From Thermomicrobiales bacterium (GTDB lineage Bacteria; Chloroflexota; Chloroflexia; Thermomicrobiales; CFX8), in assembly GCA_041390865.1 (NCBI GenBank), contig JAWKPC010000002.1, positions 68,031 through 132,030 of the forward strand: a stretch of DNA of 64,000 bases. The letters are read 5' to 3'. Made by a program: the position numbers and the translations under genes. Positions 17,840 to 27,741 of the stretch are shown here, piece by piece (the first letter of the stretch is position 1; each line of letters opens with the position of its first letter). Below the pieces are notes generated by a model. It was given only the letters and a program-made list of their open reading frames with translations. It ran no database searches and was not told where the DNA came from.

Positions 17840-18235
17840 CTACGACCAGGGATCGTCGCCGGGCGGCAGATTCTTGCCGCCGAAGTGGCCGTTCTCGGTG
17901 AAATCCTCTTCGGCCAGATCGACCAGATGATCGAGAAAGCCATCGAATGTCGCGTCGCTGTTATAGAAGTGAAACTGGCCGATGGCGTAGTTCGTCTGCT
18001 GCCCCGGCTGAAATTCCCCGTCATAGCCGGCAATCTCGGCCAGGCGTCTGAGACGCCTATCCTCTTCCGGTAGTCGGGCGACGTAGTCCGCGAACGAATC
18101 CAGCGCTCTGGCACATTGCAGGTTCCGCTCGTCGCGGTTGTAGTCTTCGTAGCGCCATCGCCGCCAGTCGGCGACATTTCGCAGGTGACGGGCCATCGAT
18201 ACCTGAATTGATCCTTGACGATCGTCTCGACTCAT
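17840..18235 (-). CDS. Hypothetical protein (acidic, no recognised domain)
   Basis: The ATG has a GAGGT 5 nt upstream and composition is balanced. The overlapping 17686..18177 frame is Arg/Ser/Thr-rich junk. Confidence 0.5.
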   Translation of the reverse strand: MSRDDRQGSIQVSMARHLRNVADWRRWRYEDYNRDERNLQCARALDSFADYVARLPEEDRRLRRLAEIAGYDGEFQPGQQTNYAIGQFHFYNSDATFDGFLDHLVDLAEEDFTENGHFGGKNLPPGDDPWS

Positions 18236-18330
18236 GATTACCTCATTACACTATTACACAGCGCCGTACGTTCACACCCTCGAAGCGAGGCGGCGAACAC
18301 GAGTTCCTTGCGATGCATGGGAGGCTGATT

Positions 18331-18627
18331 ATGCCAGAGTGGGTCTACGTCATCCGGGCGGCAAGGAAAGGTTTCGCCGAACGTCCGACCGACGAGGAGA
18401 TGGCCGCCATGGGGGATCACTTCGCCTACCTCAAGGGGTTGCTTGACGACGGCACGCTGGTGATGGCCGGACCAGCCCTGGACGCATCGTTCGGCATCGC
18501 CGTCTTCGAGGCTGAAGACGAGACCACGGCCCGCTCGATCATGAACCACGATCCCTCGGTCGCTCGGGGAGTGATGAACGCCAGTTTGCACCCATACCGC
18601 ACTTCGCTGCTAAGGGGACGCGATTGA
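18331..18627 (+). CDS. YciI-family protein
   Basis: WVYVIRA...HFAYLKGLLDDGTLVMAGP...IAVFEAEDETTARSIMNHDP matches the YCII-related domain pattern. A GGGAGG lies 7 nt before ATG 18331. Confidence 0.7.
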   Translation: MPEWVYVIRAARKGFAERPTDEEMAAMGDHFAYLKGLLDDGTLVMAGPALDASFGIAVFEAEDETTARSIMNHDPSVARGVMNASLHPYRTSLLRGRD

Positions 18628-18905
18628 CGATCGAGCACCACGCGGACTTCGCCGTTCCGATAACCCATCACCTCTGGCTGGAGACAACCGTCGAGCGCCC
18701 TGAGGGCGAGGGCATGATCCGAGGTTTCGCCATTGCGCTCGGTTGGTGGGTAGATCCGGGACAAACGAATTCGGAAGAGTCCACCGGGACGCTCTACCTG
18801 GTCGTCGACGAGCGTGGAGGACCGCCGCGCTGGATCGCCGAAGGAAACATCAGCGCCAGCACGCTCATCGCGCCTGCCGGATATGAGAAAAAGCTCGGAA
18901 CCTAA
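18624..18905 (+). CDS. Hypothetical protein
   Basis: The TTG start overlaps the yciI-like stop (TTGA). No domain was recognised. Confidence 0.35.
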   Translation: MTIEHHADFAVPITHHLWLETTVERPEGEGMIRGFAIALGWWVDPGQTNSEESTGTLYLVVDERGGPPRWIAEGNISASTLIAPAGYEKKLGT

Positions 18906-19483
18906 ACGACCGGCTGTTCGTAGCGGCGAAGGATGCTGGAGCCCAGCTTGCCGATATCCGCACCATAGATGTGGATCGATATCGCCAGATCGTCGCCGGC
19001 GTTGCTGACTTTGTGGATATCGCCCGGAGGGGTCAATGCTTCCGTCATCCCCGGCGTACAGCTGAGAATCTCGGTTTCGGCCAGCGTCTCCTCACCATCC
19101 GCGTCGACCGCAAGCCGGTAGTTGGTCTCCAGTTCCAATCCCTGATGGACGCCGACGACGCACCATGAGACATGATCGTGGATCGGGGTCTCCTGGCCTG
19201 GAAGCCAGCACAGGGAGACGATCGAGAAGCTGCCGCCCGGCTCGACGTGCAGGACATGCTGCCGGTAGTGATTCGGGTCTGGTTCCTGCTGTTCAGGAAG
19301 GAGAAGGCTCTCGTCCTGGAGATATGGCTGCAAGCGTTCGGCAACGGCTGCAGATGTATCGGCCGCGTCATGTCCGGCCCCGACCACCTCGCGGACATCT
19401 GCGATGAGCCGATCGAGCGTTGCGCTCCGTAGTACCTGCTCAACAACCACAACCGGCCCCCATTTCAACGACTGCTTTTCCAT
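18902..19483 (-). CDS. Cysteine dioxygenase type I-like cupin
   Basis: The cupin metal motif is WLPGQETPIHDHVSWCVVGVHQG...GDIHKVSN. The second ATG (19483) has a GAGGA 8 nt upstream; the first ATG (19492) has none. Confidence 0.65.
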   Translation of the reverse strand: MEKQSLKWGPVVVVEQVLRSATLDRLIADVREVVGAGHDAADTSAAVAERLQPYLQDESLLLPEQQEPDPNHYRQHVLHVEPGGSFSIVSLCWLPGQETPIHDHVSWCVVGVHQGLELETNYRLAVDADGEETLAETEILSCTPGMTEALTPPGDIHKVSNAGDDLAISIHIYGADIGKLGSSILRRYEQPVV

Positions 19484-19669
19484 TACCTTCATCCTCGTGA
19501 GTCTAGCAGACCACTCCCCTGCTCCCCGCCCGAGCTTGTACTAAAGGCCTGAATTACCCACGTATTCACCACCCCGCTAGGCAATCTGATACCGTATCAA
19601 CGTTCGGGCGCTCGCTGTCGGAGCGCTCGACGCCACGGTATTCGAGCGGAAAGTCGAGATAGCCTCAGT

Positions 19670-21844
19670 ATGAACATGGATCCGATTCCCACCTTGCCCG
19701 CCAGCCTGAGCCGATTGGAAGAATTGGCCTACAACCTCCGCTGGACATGGGACACGACAACGCAACAACTCTTCGCAAAGATTGCTGGCGAACATCCGGA
19801 CGTCGAGCGGATCAACCCGGTCGATATCCTCCGTCAGATGACGCCTGAACGTTGCCATGAACTCGAGTCGGATCCCGGCTTCATCGAGACCCTGAATTCC
19901 GTAACTGGCCGTTTCGACGCCGAGCTGAACAACGGCGATACCTGGTTCAGTAAGCTCGATACCAATTCTTCCTCGCCGCTCGTTGCCTACTTCTCGGCGG
20001 AATTTGGACTCTCCGAACAGCTCCCGATCTACTCGGGAGGCCTCGGCGTCCTGGCAGGCGACCATCTGAAATCGGCCAGCGCGCTCGGGCTACCGTTGGT
20101 GGCGATCGGTCTCTTCTACTACGACGGCTACTTCCGGCAGCATATCGGACGGGACGGCTGGCAGCAGGATTCCGATGTGAAGAGCGACCCGAAGCGTTTA
20201 CCACTTCGTCTCGTGCGGGACGACGCCGGACAGCCGGTCACCGTCTCGGTTGACTTTCCGGGCCGCGTGGCGACTGCCCGAATCTGGCAGGCGACGATCG
20301 GCCGCATCCCGCTGTATCTGATGGATGCCAGGCTTCCAGACAACCAGCCGGAAGACCAGGCCATCAGCGCCCGTCTCTACGGTGGTGATCAGGACATGCG
20401 CATCCGTCAGGAGATCATGCTCGGAATAGGCGGCCTGAGGGCGCTCGAAGCGCTCGGCCTTTCGCCTGCCGTTTCCCATCTGAATGAAGGACATTCGAGC
20501 TTCCTGTTGCTGGAGCAGATTCGCAAGAAGATGTCATCGGACGGGGTCTCCTTCACTGAAGCACTCGCAGAAACCAGCGCGGGAACAATCTTCACAACCC
20601 ACACGCCGGTCGCGGCCGGACATGACTACTTCTCTCCAGACTTGATGCAGCGTTACTTCGCGGGGTACGCGAAGGAGATCGGGCTCGATTGGCAGGATTT
20701 CCTGTCGCTCGGACGCACGGATACCAAAGACCACGAATCGGCATTCGGGATGACCGAACTGGCGATGCGCACCTCCTCGGCGCGCAACGCCGTCAGCAAA
20801 CTGCACGGTGACGTCACCCGCCGTATGTGGACCAGTCTCTGGCCCGAGCTGCCGGTCGACGAGATCCCGGTCGGCCACGTCACCAACGGCGTCCACATGG
20901 CAACCTGGATCGCCCCGGAGATGGCCTCGCTGTTCGACGACTACGTCACAGCCGAGTGGCGGGAGCGCCCGACGATCTTTCAGGAATGGAAGTCGCTGGA
21001 CGATGTCTCGAACGAATCCCTCTGGCAAGCGCACCAGCAGCAGAAACCCCGACTCGTGGAGACCGCCCGGCATCGCCTTCACGATCAGCTTATCCGCTTC
21101 GGGGCATCGGACGGCGAACTCGAATCCGCGGCTCAGATACTCGACCCGGACGCATTGACGATCGGATTCGCACGTCGCTTCACCGCCTACAAGCGAGCGA
21201 CGCTGTTGATGAGCGATATCGACCGGCTGGCGGCGATCGTTGCAAGCAGCGACCGTCCGGTCCAGTTCATCTTCTCGGGGAAAGCCCATCCGCGGGATGT
21301 GCCGGGCAAGACCCTCATCCAGCGCATCGCAACCATCGCAAAGCGCGAGCCCTTCAAGGGACGCCTGCTTTTCCTCGAAAACTACGACATGGCGATCGCG
21401 CGCCGGATGGTCGCGGGCGTCGATGTCTGGCTCAACAACCCGACCCGTCCCCAGGAAGCCAGCGGAACCAGCGGCATGAAAGCCGCCGCCAACGGAGTTC
21501 TCAACTTCAGCATCCTCGACGGTTGGTGGGCGGAAGCCTGGGAGACGGCGCAGGAACGCGGAGAGCCGATCGGCTGGAGCATCGACCCCGGCTACGAATA
21601 CGATGACCCGGCGGAGCAGAACGCAGCCGACGCCATTCGCCTCTACGAAGTCCTCGAGCAGGAGATCATCCCGGCTTTCTACAATCGGGGACCGGACGGA
21701 TTGCCCGATGAATGGATCGAGCGGATGAAGGCATCGATACGCTGCGCCGTCCCGGATTTCAGCGGGCTACGAATGGTAAGCGAATACACCCGGGACTACT
21801 ATCTCCCGGCAGCAGCCCGCGTCGAAGATCTGGCCTCAGGCTAA
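19670..21844 (+). CDS. glgP: Alpha-glucan phosphorylase (GT35, DUF3417-type N-terminus)
   Basis: Motifs LAYNLRWTWD, YSGGLGVLAGDHLKSASALGLPLVAIGLFY and the PLP-lysine region EASGTSGMKAAANG. Confidence 0.9.
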   Translation: MNMDPIPTLPASLSRLEELAYNLRWTWDTTTQQLFAKIAGEHPDVERINPVDILRQMTPERCHELESDPGFIETLNSVTGRFDAELNNGDTWFSKLDTNSSSPLVAYFSAEFGLSEQLPIYSGGLGVLAGDHLKSASALGLPLVAIGLFYYDGYFRQHIGRDGWQQDSDVKSDPKRLPLRLVRDDAGQPVTVSVDFPGRVATARIWQATIGRIPLYLMDARLPDNQPEDQAISARLYGGDQDMRIRQEIMLGIGGLRALEALGLSPAVSHLNEGHSSFLLLEQIRKKMSSDGVSFTEALAETSAGTIFTTHTPVAAGHDYFSPDLMQRYFAGYAKEIGLDWQDFLSLGRTDTKDHESAFGMTELAMRTSSARNAVSKLHGDVTRRMWTSLWPELPVDEIPVGHVTNGVHMATWIAPEMASLFDDYVTAEWRERPTIFQEWKSLDDVSNESLWQAHQQQKPRLVETARHRLHDQLIRFGASDGELESAAQILDPDALTIGFARRFTAYKRATLLMSDIDRLAAIVASSDRPVQFIFSGKAHPRDVPGKTLIQRIATIAKREPFKGRLLFLENYDMAIARRMVAGVDVWLNNPTRPQEASGTSGMKAAANGVLNFSILDGWWAEAWETAQERGEPIGWSIDPGYEYDDPAEQNAADAIRLYEVLEQEIIPAFYNRGPDGLPDEWIERMKASIRCAVPDFSGLRMVSEYTRDYYLPAAARVEDLASG

Positions 21845-22843
21845 AAGCGGGAAGACCTCGGCGGCGCAGCGCTCGATCTGGCCCCGTTGATCCGGGGTGC
21901 AGAAGCGCAGCACCGGCGTCGTACAGCCCGCCTCGATATAGGTCGCAATCTTCTCGGCCACGCTCGCCGGTGACCCGACCGCCAGCCAGAGCCGGACAGC
22001 TTCTTCGGGGATCGCACCGACGCCGTAATAGCGGTCGAGGAATTCGACCGACTCGCGGTAGGCCCGGTCCTCATCCTCGTTGATGTTGACCATCAGGTGA
22101 AGGCAGGATTCGGCGACCTCCCCGGCGCGGCCATATTCCGCTGCATAGCTCTGGATACGATCCCACCGGTCCTTGAACACATCAACCGGCGTCGCGTCCG
22201 TCTGCCAGCCGTTTGCGATCCGGGCAACCCGTCTCAACGCCCGTTCTTCGACAGCAGGATCGAGCGACTTTCCGTGGGCTGGATGGCCGGGATTTACGGC
22301 GATGCCGATCGGCATCGGAGACTGAACAGGCTTCGGCAAAGCATTGACGTCGGCGTATTCATAGAACTCGCCGCTGTATGTAACTAGATCGTCGCTCCAG
22401 AACCGCCGGAGTAGCTCGACGCCCTCCTTCATCCGTCCGACGCGATCGACGGACCGGCGGTCGAACGCTTCGAGCTCGGCCGCAAACTGCGGCCCGTTGC
22501 TAGCGGCCGCGCCGAGGCAGACGTAGAGATCGGTCCGCCCTCCCGAGATGACGTCAAGGCTGGCCCACTGGATGGCAAGCTCCAGCGGATTGCGGAGATT
22601 GAAGCTGGCGAGGCAGATCGTTCCAAGCCGCACGGATGTCGTCCGCGCGGCGATCGCCGCCAGGGTCACCAACGCCTCGAGACGGGGCTTCGACAGATAA
22701 TTGTCGCCGACCCAGACTGAACCGAAACAGCCGGAGTCCTCGGCAACCACGGCAGCCTCGATCAGTTCCCCGGCCGGATACCCGAACAACACGCCACGGT
22801 TCGGGAGGCTCAGCCCGAGTTTCGGCACCGATCCTGCACTCAT
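21836..22843 (-). CDS. Luciferase-like (LLM class) flavin-dependent oxidoreductase
   Basis: A TIM-barrel LLM pattern (FGSVWVGDNY..., LDVISGGR, TPDQ...). The 3' end overlaps the glgP 3' end by 9 nt. The ATG overlaps the upstream M20 stop (ATGA). Confidence 0.7.
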   Translation of the reverse strand: MSAGSVPKLGLSLPNRGVLFGYPAGELIEAAVVAEDSGCFGSVWVGDNYLSKPRLEALVTLAAIAARTTSVRLGTICLASFNLRNPLELAIQWASLDVISGGRTDLYVCLGAAASNGPQFAAELEAFDRRSVDRVGRMKEGVELLRRFWSDDLVTYSGEFYEYADVNALPKPVQSPMPIGIAVNPGHPAHGKSLDPAVEERALRRVARIANGWQTDATPVDVFKDRWDRIQSYAAEYGRAGEVAESCLHLMVNINEDEDRAYRESVEFLDRYYGVGAIPEEAVRLWLAVGSPASVAEKIATYIEAGCTTPVLRFCTPDQRGQIERCAAEVFPLLA

Positions 22844-24039
22844 GTCAACTCCTCCAGAATCAGTCGCGCAAGCACCCGCGCTTCCGTGACGGCGTCAGCG
22901 ATGACCACGAAATCATCTCCAAGCAGGCCGTCGCCTCCGCTCGCGCCGTACATCACCGTCGGCACGCCCCGCGCGCAGGGACCTCCAGCGTCAAAGCTTC
23001 CATGGCCCCAGATCTGTTCCGGTAGACTGCCTCGCTCCTGCCGGTGAGCTTCGCCGAGTGCACCTACCCATTCGAGGCCAGGTTCGACGATGGCCGGCAG
23101 CATCATGACGTCGGGCTCGACGCTGTACTGGAAGGGCGATAGATCGCCGATCGCATCGCGGATCTCCTCGATAGCGTCTCCGGGATCGTCACCCGGCAGC
23201 AGACGCCGGTCGATCGTCACCCAGGCGTCGGACGGGAGAGTATGGGGCGCGAGCGGCGCATAACGCACCTTGTAGGGCACGGCATGGCGACCGCCGAGCT
23301 TCTCGTGCTCGTCGGTCCAGTCGAGCGTTCTCAATCGCTGGACAACGTCGCTTGCGCCCTCGATCGCGTTCCAGGCATTCTCGGGTTCGCTCGAGTGCGC
23401 GGCCTTACCCCGCACGTGAACGACGACGTCGACGCGGCCACGATTCCCGAGCGAGAGCGTCAACCCCGTTCCGATCTGGATGATCCCGAATTCAGGCGTG
23501 CAGGGAAGGGTGTCGAGAATCGCGTCCGAGCAGCCATGGCTGCTCCGTCCCTCATTGTTGACCGCCCAGTAGAGACGACCGCGCAGTTCGACGCCCGCTT
23601 TCGCGAGCAGATCCAGGACAGCAATCATCACCGCCTGATGGGCCTTGTTCTGGCTGACGCCCTGTCCGAAGACGGCGTCCTCGTCACGTCCATACGCTGC
23701 GGCGCTCCCGACCCGCCCGGAGAATGGATCGTCCATCAGGTTGTTGTGCTGGGTCGGCGTGTAGTTCATGATCAGGAGCGATTTTCCCGTCTCACCGCTG
23801 CCGCTCGCGGCGATGAGATTGTTCAGCGGCGCGTCGAGCAGATCAACGCCGAGGTCGGCAAGTTCCGGGCGGATCACCTCCTGAACGTAGTGCACCAGTT
23901 TCGGATCGTCCGGCTCCATCAACGTCTCGTAGCCGGACGGCACCTCGGTCGGAACCCGGACGAACCGCTGCATCGAGTGAACCAGCAGATCCTGATCCAG
24001 ATAGCGGTCGACGAGCCCGGAGATAGCGTCAGCCTGCAA
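22840..24039 (-). CDS. M20-family metallopeptidase / deacylase (ArgE/DapE-like)
   Basis: Length and motifs (TPTQHNN..., GQGVSQNKA, NNEGRSSHG, GRVDVVVHVRGKAAHSS) fit M20. It is translationally coupled to the LLM gene. Confidence 0.65.
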   Translation of the reverse strand: MQADAISGLVDRYLDQDLLVHSMQRFVRVPTEVPSGYETLMEPDDPKLVHYVQEVIRPELADLGVDLLDAPLNNLIAASGSGETGKSLLIMNYTPTQHNNLMDDPFSGRVGSAAAYGRDEDAVFGQGVSQNKAHQAVMIAVLDLLAKAGVELRGRLYWAVNNEGRSSHGCSDAILDTLPCTPEFGIIQIGTGLTLSLGNRGRVDVVVHVRGKAAHSSEPENAWNAIEGASDVVQRLRTLDWTDEHEKLGGRHAVPYKVRYAPLAPHTLPSDAWVTIDRRLLPGDDPGDAIEEIRDAIGDLSPFQYSVEPDVMMLPAIVEPGLEWVGALGEAHRQERGSLPEQIWGHGSFDAGGPCARGVPTVMYGASGGDGLLGDDFVVIADAVTEARVLARLILEELT

Positions 24040-24130
24040 TTCTCACCCCCAAGATTCATCGATGTTGTCAGTATCTGGAATCATAGGTGAAGACGGCGGC
24101 GCATAGACCGTCGGGGGAGGATGAGATCGG

Positions 24131-24499
24131 ATGCGCGAACGGCTGATATTTCGCGGGCTGACGCGGCGCTGCCCTCGTTGCGGGGAGTGGCGCATCTTCA
24201 GCGGATTCTTTGCGCTCAAGGACACCTGTCCCCGCTGCGGGCTCGATCTGGTTCGAGAGGAGGGGTACTACGTCGGCGCGATGACGGTGAACATTATCGT
24301 CGCCGAGATACTGACGATCCTGATCATTGCCGTCGTCAGTATCTGGACCTGGCCGAACATACCGGTGAACCAGCTGATGTTCAGCGCGGTCGGCTTCAAC
24401 ATCTTGTTTCCGGTGCTGTTCTACCCGCTCACCAAGACCCTCTGGCTGGCCATCGATCTCGGCTACTTCAACCAGATCGACCCCGGCGAGATGCAGTAG
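24131..24499 (+). CDS. DUF983-family small membrane protein with a zinc-ribbon-like N-terminus
   Basis: CPRCG...CPRCG followed by two TM helices, the typical DUF983 layout. Confidence 0.6.
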   Translation: MRERLIFRGLTRRCPRCGEWRIFSGFFALKDTCPRCGLDLVREEGYYVGAMTVNIIVAEILTILIIAVVSIWTWPNIPVNQLMFSAVGFNILFPVLFYPLTKTLWLAIDLGYFNQIDPGEMQ

Positions 24500-24577
24500 A
24501 GATCTCGCCGGGACCGGTTGCGGTTCGGCCTCGGCCGGCAGGCGGAGAGTGTGGTTCCACACCGGCCGTGCACGCGG

Positions 24578-25642
24578 CTACGCCAGGTTGTAATCGCCTT
24601 CGTGGGCGTTGCGCATGTACGCCGCCAGCAGGTCGATCTCAGCCTGGATGTCGCTGACGGCAGCCATCTCATTGACCGTGTGAACGTAGCGAGTCGGCAG
24701 CGAGATCGTGATGACCGGCATTCCGGCCCGGGAGAGCTGCATCGCACCGGCATCCGTACCGCCCCGGGGCAGGATCTCCAGCTGGTACTTGATGTCGTTG
24801 TCCTTCGCGAGCTGCTTGAAGTGGCTGACCAGCTTGTGGTTCGAAATGTGCGACGAGTCGAAGACCTTGATCGCCGCGCCATCGCCGAGCCGGGTAACGG
24901 CGTCCTCCGGCGAAGCTCCGGGGATATCCATCGCCAGCGTGATGTCGAGCGCGACGCCGATATCGGGCTGGACATGATAGGCGGCCGTTCGGGCGCCGCG
25001 CAGGCCGACCTCCTCCTGGGTTGTCGCGGCCAGGACGATCTCCGATTGAACGTCCTCGTCCCCGAGTAGCCGCGCCGCCTCCAGCATCAGGAATATGCTG
25101 ATTCGATCGTCGAACGCCTTGCCCATGACGTTGTCGCCGATCCGTTCGACGGTGCGATCCATCGTCACCATGTCGCCGATCTGAACCTTTTCCTTGACCT
25201 CGTCGCCGGAGAGGCCGAGGTCAACGAAGATCTGCTCGACCTTCGGCGCCTGGATGTCCGAACCGGAGAGGAGATGGATCGGCTTGGTCTCGAGAGCCAT
25301 AGCGCCCGGTAGCACGGCGCCGGCTTCGGTATGGACGTGGCAGCGTTGCGCCGGCAGCACCCGGCCATCAAACCCGCCGACGGGCTGAAGCCGCAAGAAG
25401 CCCTTGTCATCGATGTGCTTGACCATGAATCCGATCTCGTCCATATGGCCCGCGAACATGACCGTCGGCCCGCCGTTGCCTTTCCGGCGGCCGATCAGAT
25501 TGCCCATTGCGTCGACTTCGATCTCGTCGACGATTTCGTCCATCGCCTCCCGGACCACGGCACGGACCGCCTCTTCACGCCCGGGAATTCCCGGTGTTTC
25601 GCAAAGTCGCTTCAGCAGATCGAAATTGATATCGGCAGACAT
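24578..25642 (-). CDS. M42-family aminopeptidase (FrvX/glutamyl aminopeptidase-like)
   Basis: LLKRLCETPGIPGREE..., GNLIGRRKG, MFAGHMDEIGFMVKHIDDKGFLRLQPVGG, TTQEEVGLRGA. Confidence 0.85.
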   Translation of the reverse strand: MSADINFDLLKRLCETPGIPGREEAVRAVVREAMDEIVDEIEVDAMGNLIGRRKGNGGPTVMFAGHMDEIGFMVKHIDDKGFLRLQPVGGFDGRVLPAQRCHVHTEAGAVLPGAMALETKPIHLLSGSDIQAPKVEQIFVDLGLSGDEVKEKVQIGDMVTMDRTVERIGDNVMGKAFDDRISIFLMLEAARLLGDEDVQSEIVLAATTQEEVGLRGARTAAYHVQPDIGVALDITLAMDIPGASPEDAVTRLGDGAAIKVFDSSHISNHKLVSHFKQLAKDNDIKYQLEILPRGGTDAGAMQLSRAGMPVITISLPTRYVHTVNEMAAVSDIQAEIDLLAAYMRNAHEGDYNLA

Positions 25643-25837
25643 GGCGTTTCCCCCTGTGAGTTCAAACGTATTGTCCTAACGGGCCAGTACAGGCAGGGAA
25701 GGTCGTGCCTGGGGTCCTCACCCTATTCGCCCCTCGCATAAGTGACGATCTTCCCCTGTCCCGAATTGCCCGTGAACGTCAGACTTAAGCTAGCACGGAA
25801 CCAGGCGTCGCAAGGCAGCCTACCCGAGGGAGGGAAT

Positions 25838-26431
25838 GTGGAAATCACCGACCGTGGCCTGCTCTATCCCGTTCTCGGCATTGCTGTTGCTACCATCTTC
25901 ACCGCGCTCTATCAGATCATCACCGGGGACTTTCCGGGACTCATCTCGATCGCGAATCTCTATCTGCTGGGTCTGGGAATTGGTCTCGTCGTGGCCCGGT
26001 TCGGGAAGCTCGGTCCGTTCGAGGGCGTCCTCGGTTCGCCGTGGACCGAAAATCGCATCCTGGAGACGTTGAACCGCGAGACGGCCCGGTCCCTGCGATA
26101 TGGCCGCGACCTCACGATTCTGGCGTTCCGTGCCGCCGACAAGCAAAAGCTCGACGCGAGCCGGGCAGTCCGGGCCACCGATCAGTTGATCGTCTGCCGG
26201 AATGGCTGGAATCTGCTCGTCCTGCCCGAAACCGACCACACTGGCGCCCAGCTCCTGCTACGCCATATCTGTGTCGATCGCCCGGTGCTCGCCGCCGTCG
26301 TCTCGCCCGACCCGGATCGGCCCAGACAGCGCATGGAATCGGAACTGCTCGAACTGGTGCGTTCGGCCAGCAAGCCCGGAGTGATCGAAATTCACGAATC
26401 GCAGGCGCGGGCGTTGCCTCTCGCCGGATAG
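25838..26431 (+). CDS. Small membrane protein with a degenerate GGDEF-like C-terminal domain
   Basis: Two TM helices are followed by RETARSLRYGRDLTILAF...DQLIVCRNGWNLLVLPET, which is colinear with the GGDEF-domain core but has RNGWN in place of GGDEF. GTG 25838 follows a GGAGG. Confidence 0.35.
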   Translation: MEITDRGLLYPVLGIAVATIFTALYQIITGDFPGLISIANLYLLGLGIGLVVARFGKLGPFEGVLGSPWTENRILETLNRETARSLRYGRDLTILAFRAADKQKLDASRAVRATDQLIVCRNGWNLLVLPETDHTGAQLLLRHICVDRPVLAAVVSPDPDRPRQRMESELLELVRSASKPGVIEIHESQARALPLAG

Positions 26432-26505
26432 CCGTTCCAACGGCGGCTGCGGACTCTCCGTCTATACTCTCGTGAATACCTGACTATTCAACGAGAGAGT
26501 TTTAC

Positions 26506-27681
26506 ATGGCATTTGATATCGAGCGAGCGCGACGCGACACCCCCGGTGTCGAGCACGTCATCCACCTCAACAATGCAGGATCGTCGCTACCCCCGCGCCA
26601 GGTGCTGGACGCGCAGATCGAGCACCTCAGACTCGAAGCACAGATCGGCGGCTACGAGGCCGCCGACGCAGCAACGGATCGGGTCGAACGCGTCTACGGC
26701 GCGGCAGCCGAGATGATCGGCGCGAAACCGGACGAGATCGCGATCATCGAAAATGCGACCCGTGCCTGGGACATGGCCTTCTATTCCGTCCCATTCAAAG
26801 CCGGCGACCGCATCCTGACCGCGGTCGCCGAATACGGCAGCAACTTCATCCCTTATCTCCAGGTCGCCGAGAAGCACGGCGCCATCGTCGAGGTCGTGCC
26901 GAACGACGAGCACGGTCAACTCTCGGTCGAAGCATTGAAAGACATGATGGACGATCGGGTGAAGCTGATCTCGATCACCCACGTTCCGACCAACGGCGGG
27001 CTGGTCAATCCAGCCGAGGCGATCGGCAAAGTCGCAAAGGAAGCAGGCGTCCTCTACCTCATCGACGCCTGCCAGTCGGTCGCGCAGCTACCGATCCACG
27101 TCGACGCGCTCAACTGCGACATGCTCTCGACCACCGGCAGGAAGTACATTCGCGGCCCGCGAGGCACCGGTTTCCTCTACGTTCGCCGGGGCGTCCTCGA
27201 GCAGCTCGAGCCGCCGCTGATCGATCATCACGCCGCCAGCTGGGTGTCGCGCGACCGCTACGAGCTTCGGAACGACGCCAAGCGATTCGAGAACTGGGAA
27301 ACCAACTACTCGGCGAAGATCGGACTCGGGGTCGCGCTTGACTATGCCCTTGACTGGACGATCGACGTCACCTGGGCGCGTATCCAGGACCTGGCAGATA
27401 ATCTACGGGCCAGGCTCGATGCGATTCCACGCGTCACCGTCCAGGATCTCGGTGTCGTTCGCTGCGGGATCGTCACCTTCACCGTCGACGGCGCGAACCT
27501 TCAGGACATCAAGTCCAAACTGGCGAAGCACCGCATCAACGTTTCGATCTCGAATGCTCCATCGACCCGGCTCGACATGGACGCGCGGGGGATCGACGCC
27601 CTCGTCCGCTCGTCGGTTCACTACTACAACTCGGAGGAGGAGCTGGACCGCTTTGTCGACACGCTCGAATCGATCATCTAG
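26506..27681 (+). CDS. Class V PLP-dependent aminotransferase / cysteine-desulfurase-like enzyme
   Basis: HLNNAGSS, ITHVPTNGG, LIDACQS and the PLP-lysine region STTGRKYIRGPRGTG. Confidence 0.75.
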   Translation: MAFDIERARRDTPGVEHVIHLNNAGSSLPPRQVLDAQIEHLRLEAQIGGYEAADAATDRVERVYGAAAEMIGAKPDEIAIIENATRAWDMAFYSVPFKAGDRILTAVAEYGSNFIPYLQVAEKHGAIVEVVPNDEHGQLSVEALKDMMDDRVKLISITHVPTNGGLVNPAEAIGKVAKEAGVLYLIDACQSVAQLPIHVDALNCDMLSTTGRKYIRGPRGTGFLYVRRGVLEQLEPPLIDHHAASWVSRDRYELRNDAKRFENWETNYSAKIGLGVALDYALDWTIDVTWARIQDLADNLRARLDAIPRVTVQDLGVVRCGIVTFTVDGANLQDIKSKLAKHRINVSISNAPSTRLDMDARGIDALVRSSVHYYNSEEELDRFVDTLESII

Positions 27682-27741
27682 ACTGAACACCGACTAATTA
27701 ACTCGGGATTCTCGAATCTTACCGGTCCGGTAGGGGGAGTA

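Noticed and set aside
24121-24657. 178-aa plus-strand ORF overlapping the DUF983 gene in another frame and the 3' end of the M42 peptidase gene.
   Set aside because: Arg/Pro/Ala-rich junk. The DUF983 frame has CxxC pairs and TM helices, and the M42 gene on the other strand is unambiguous.
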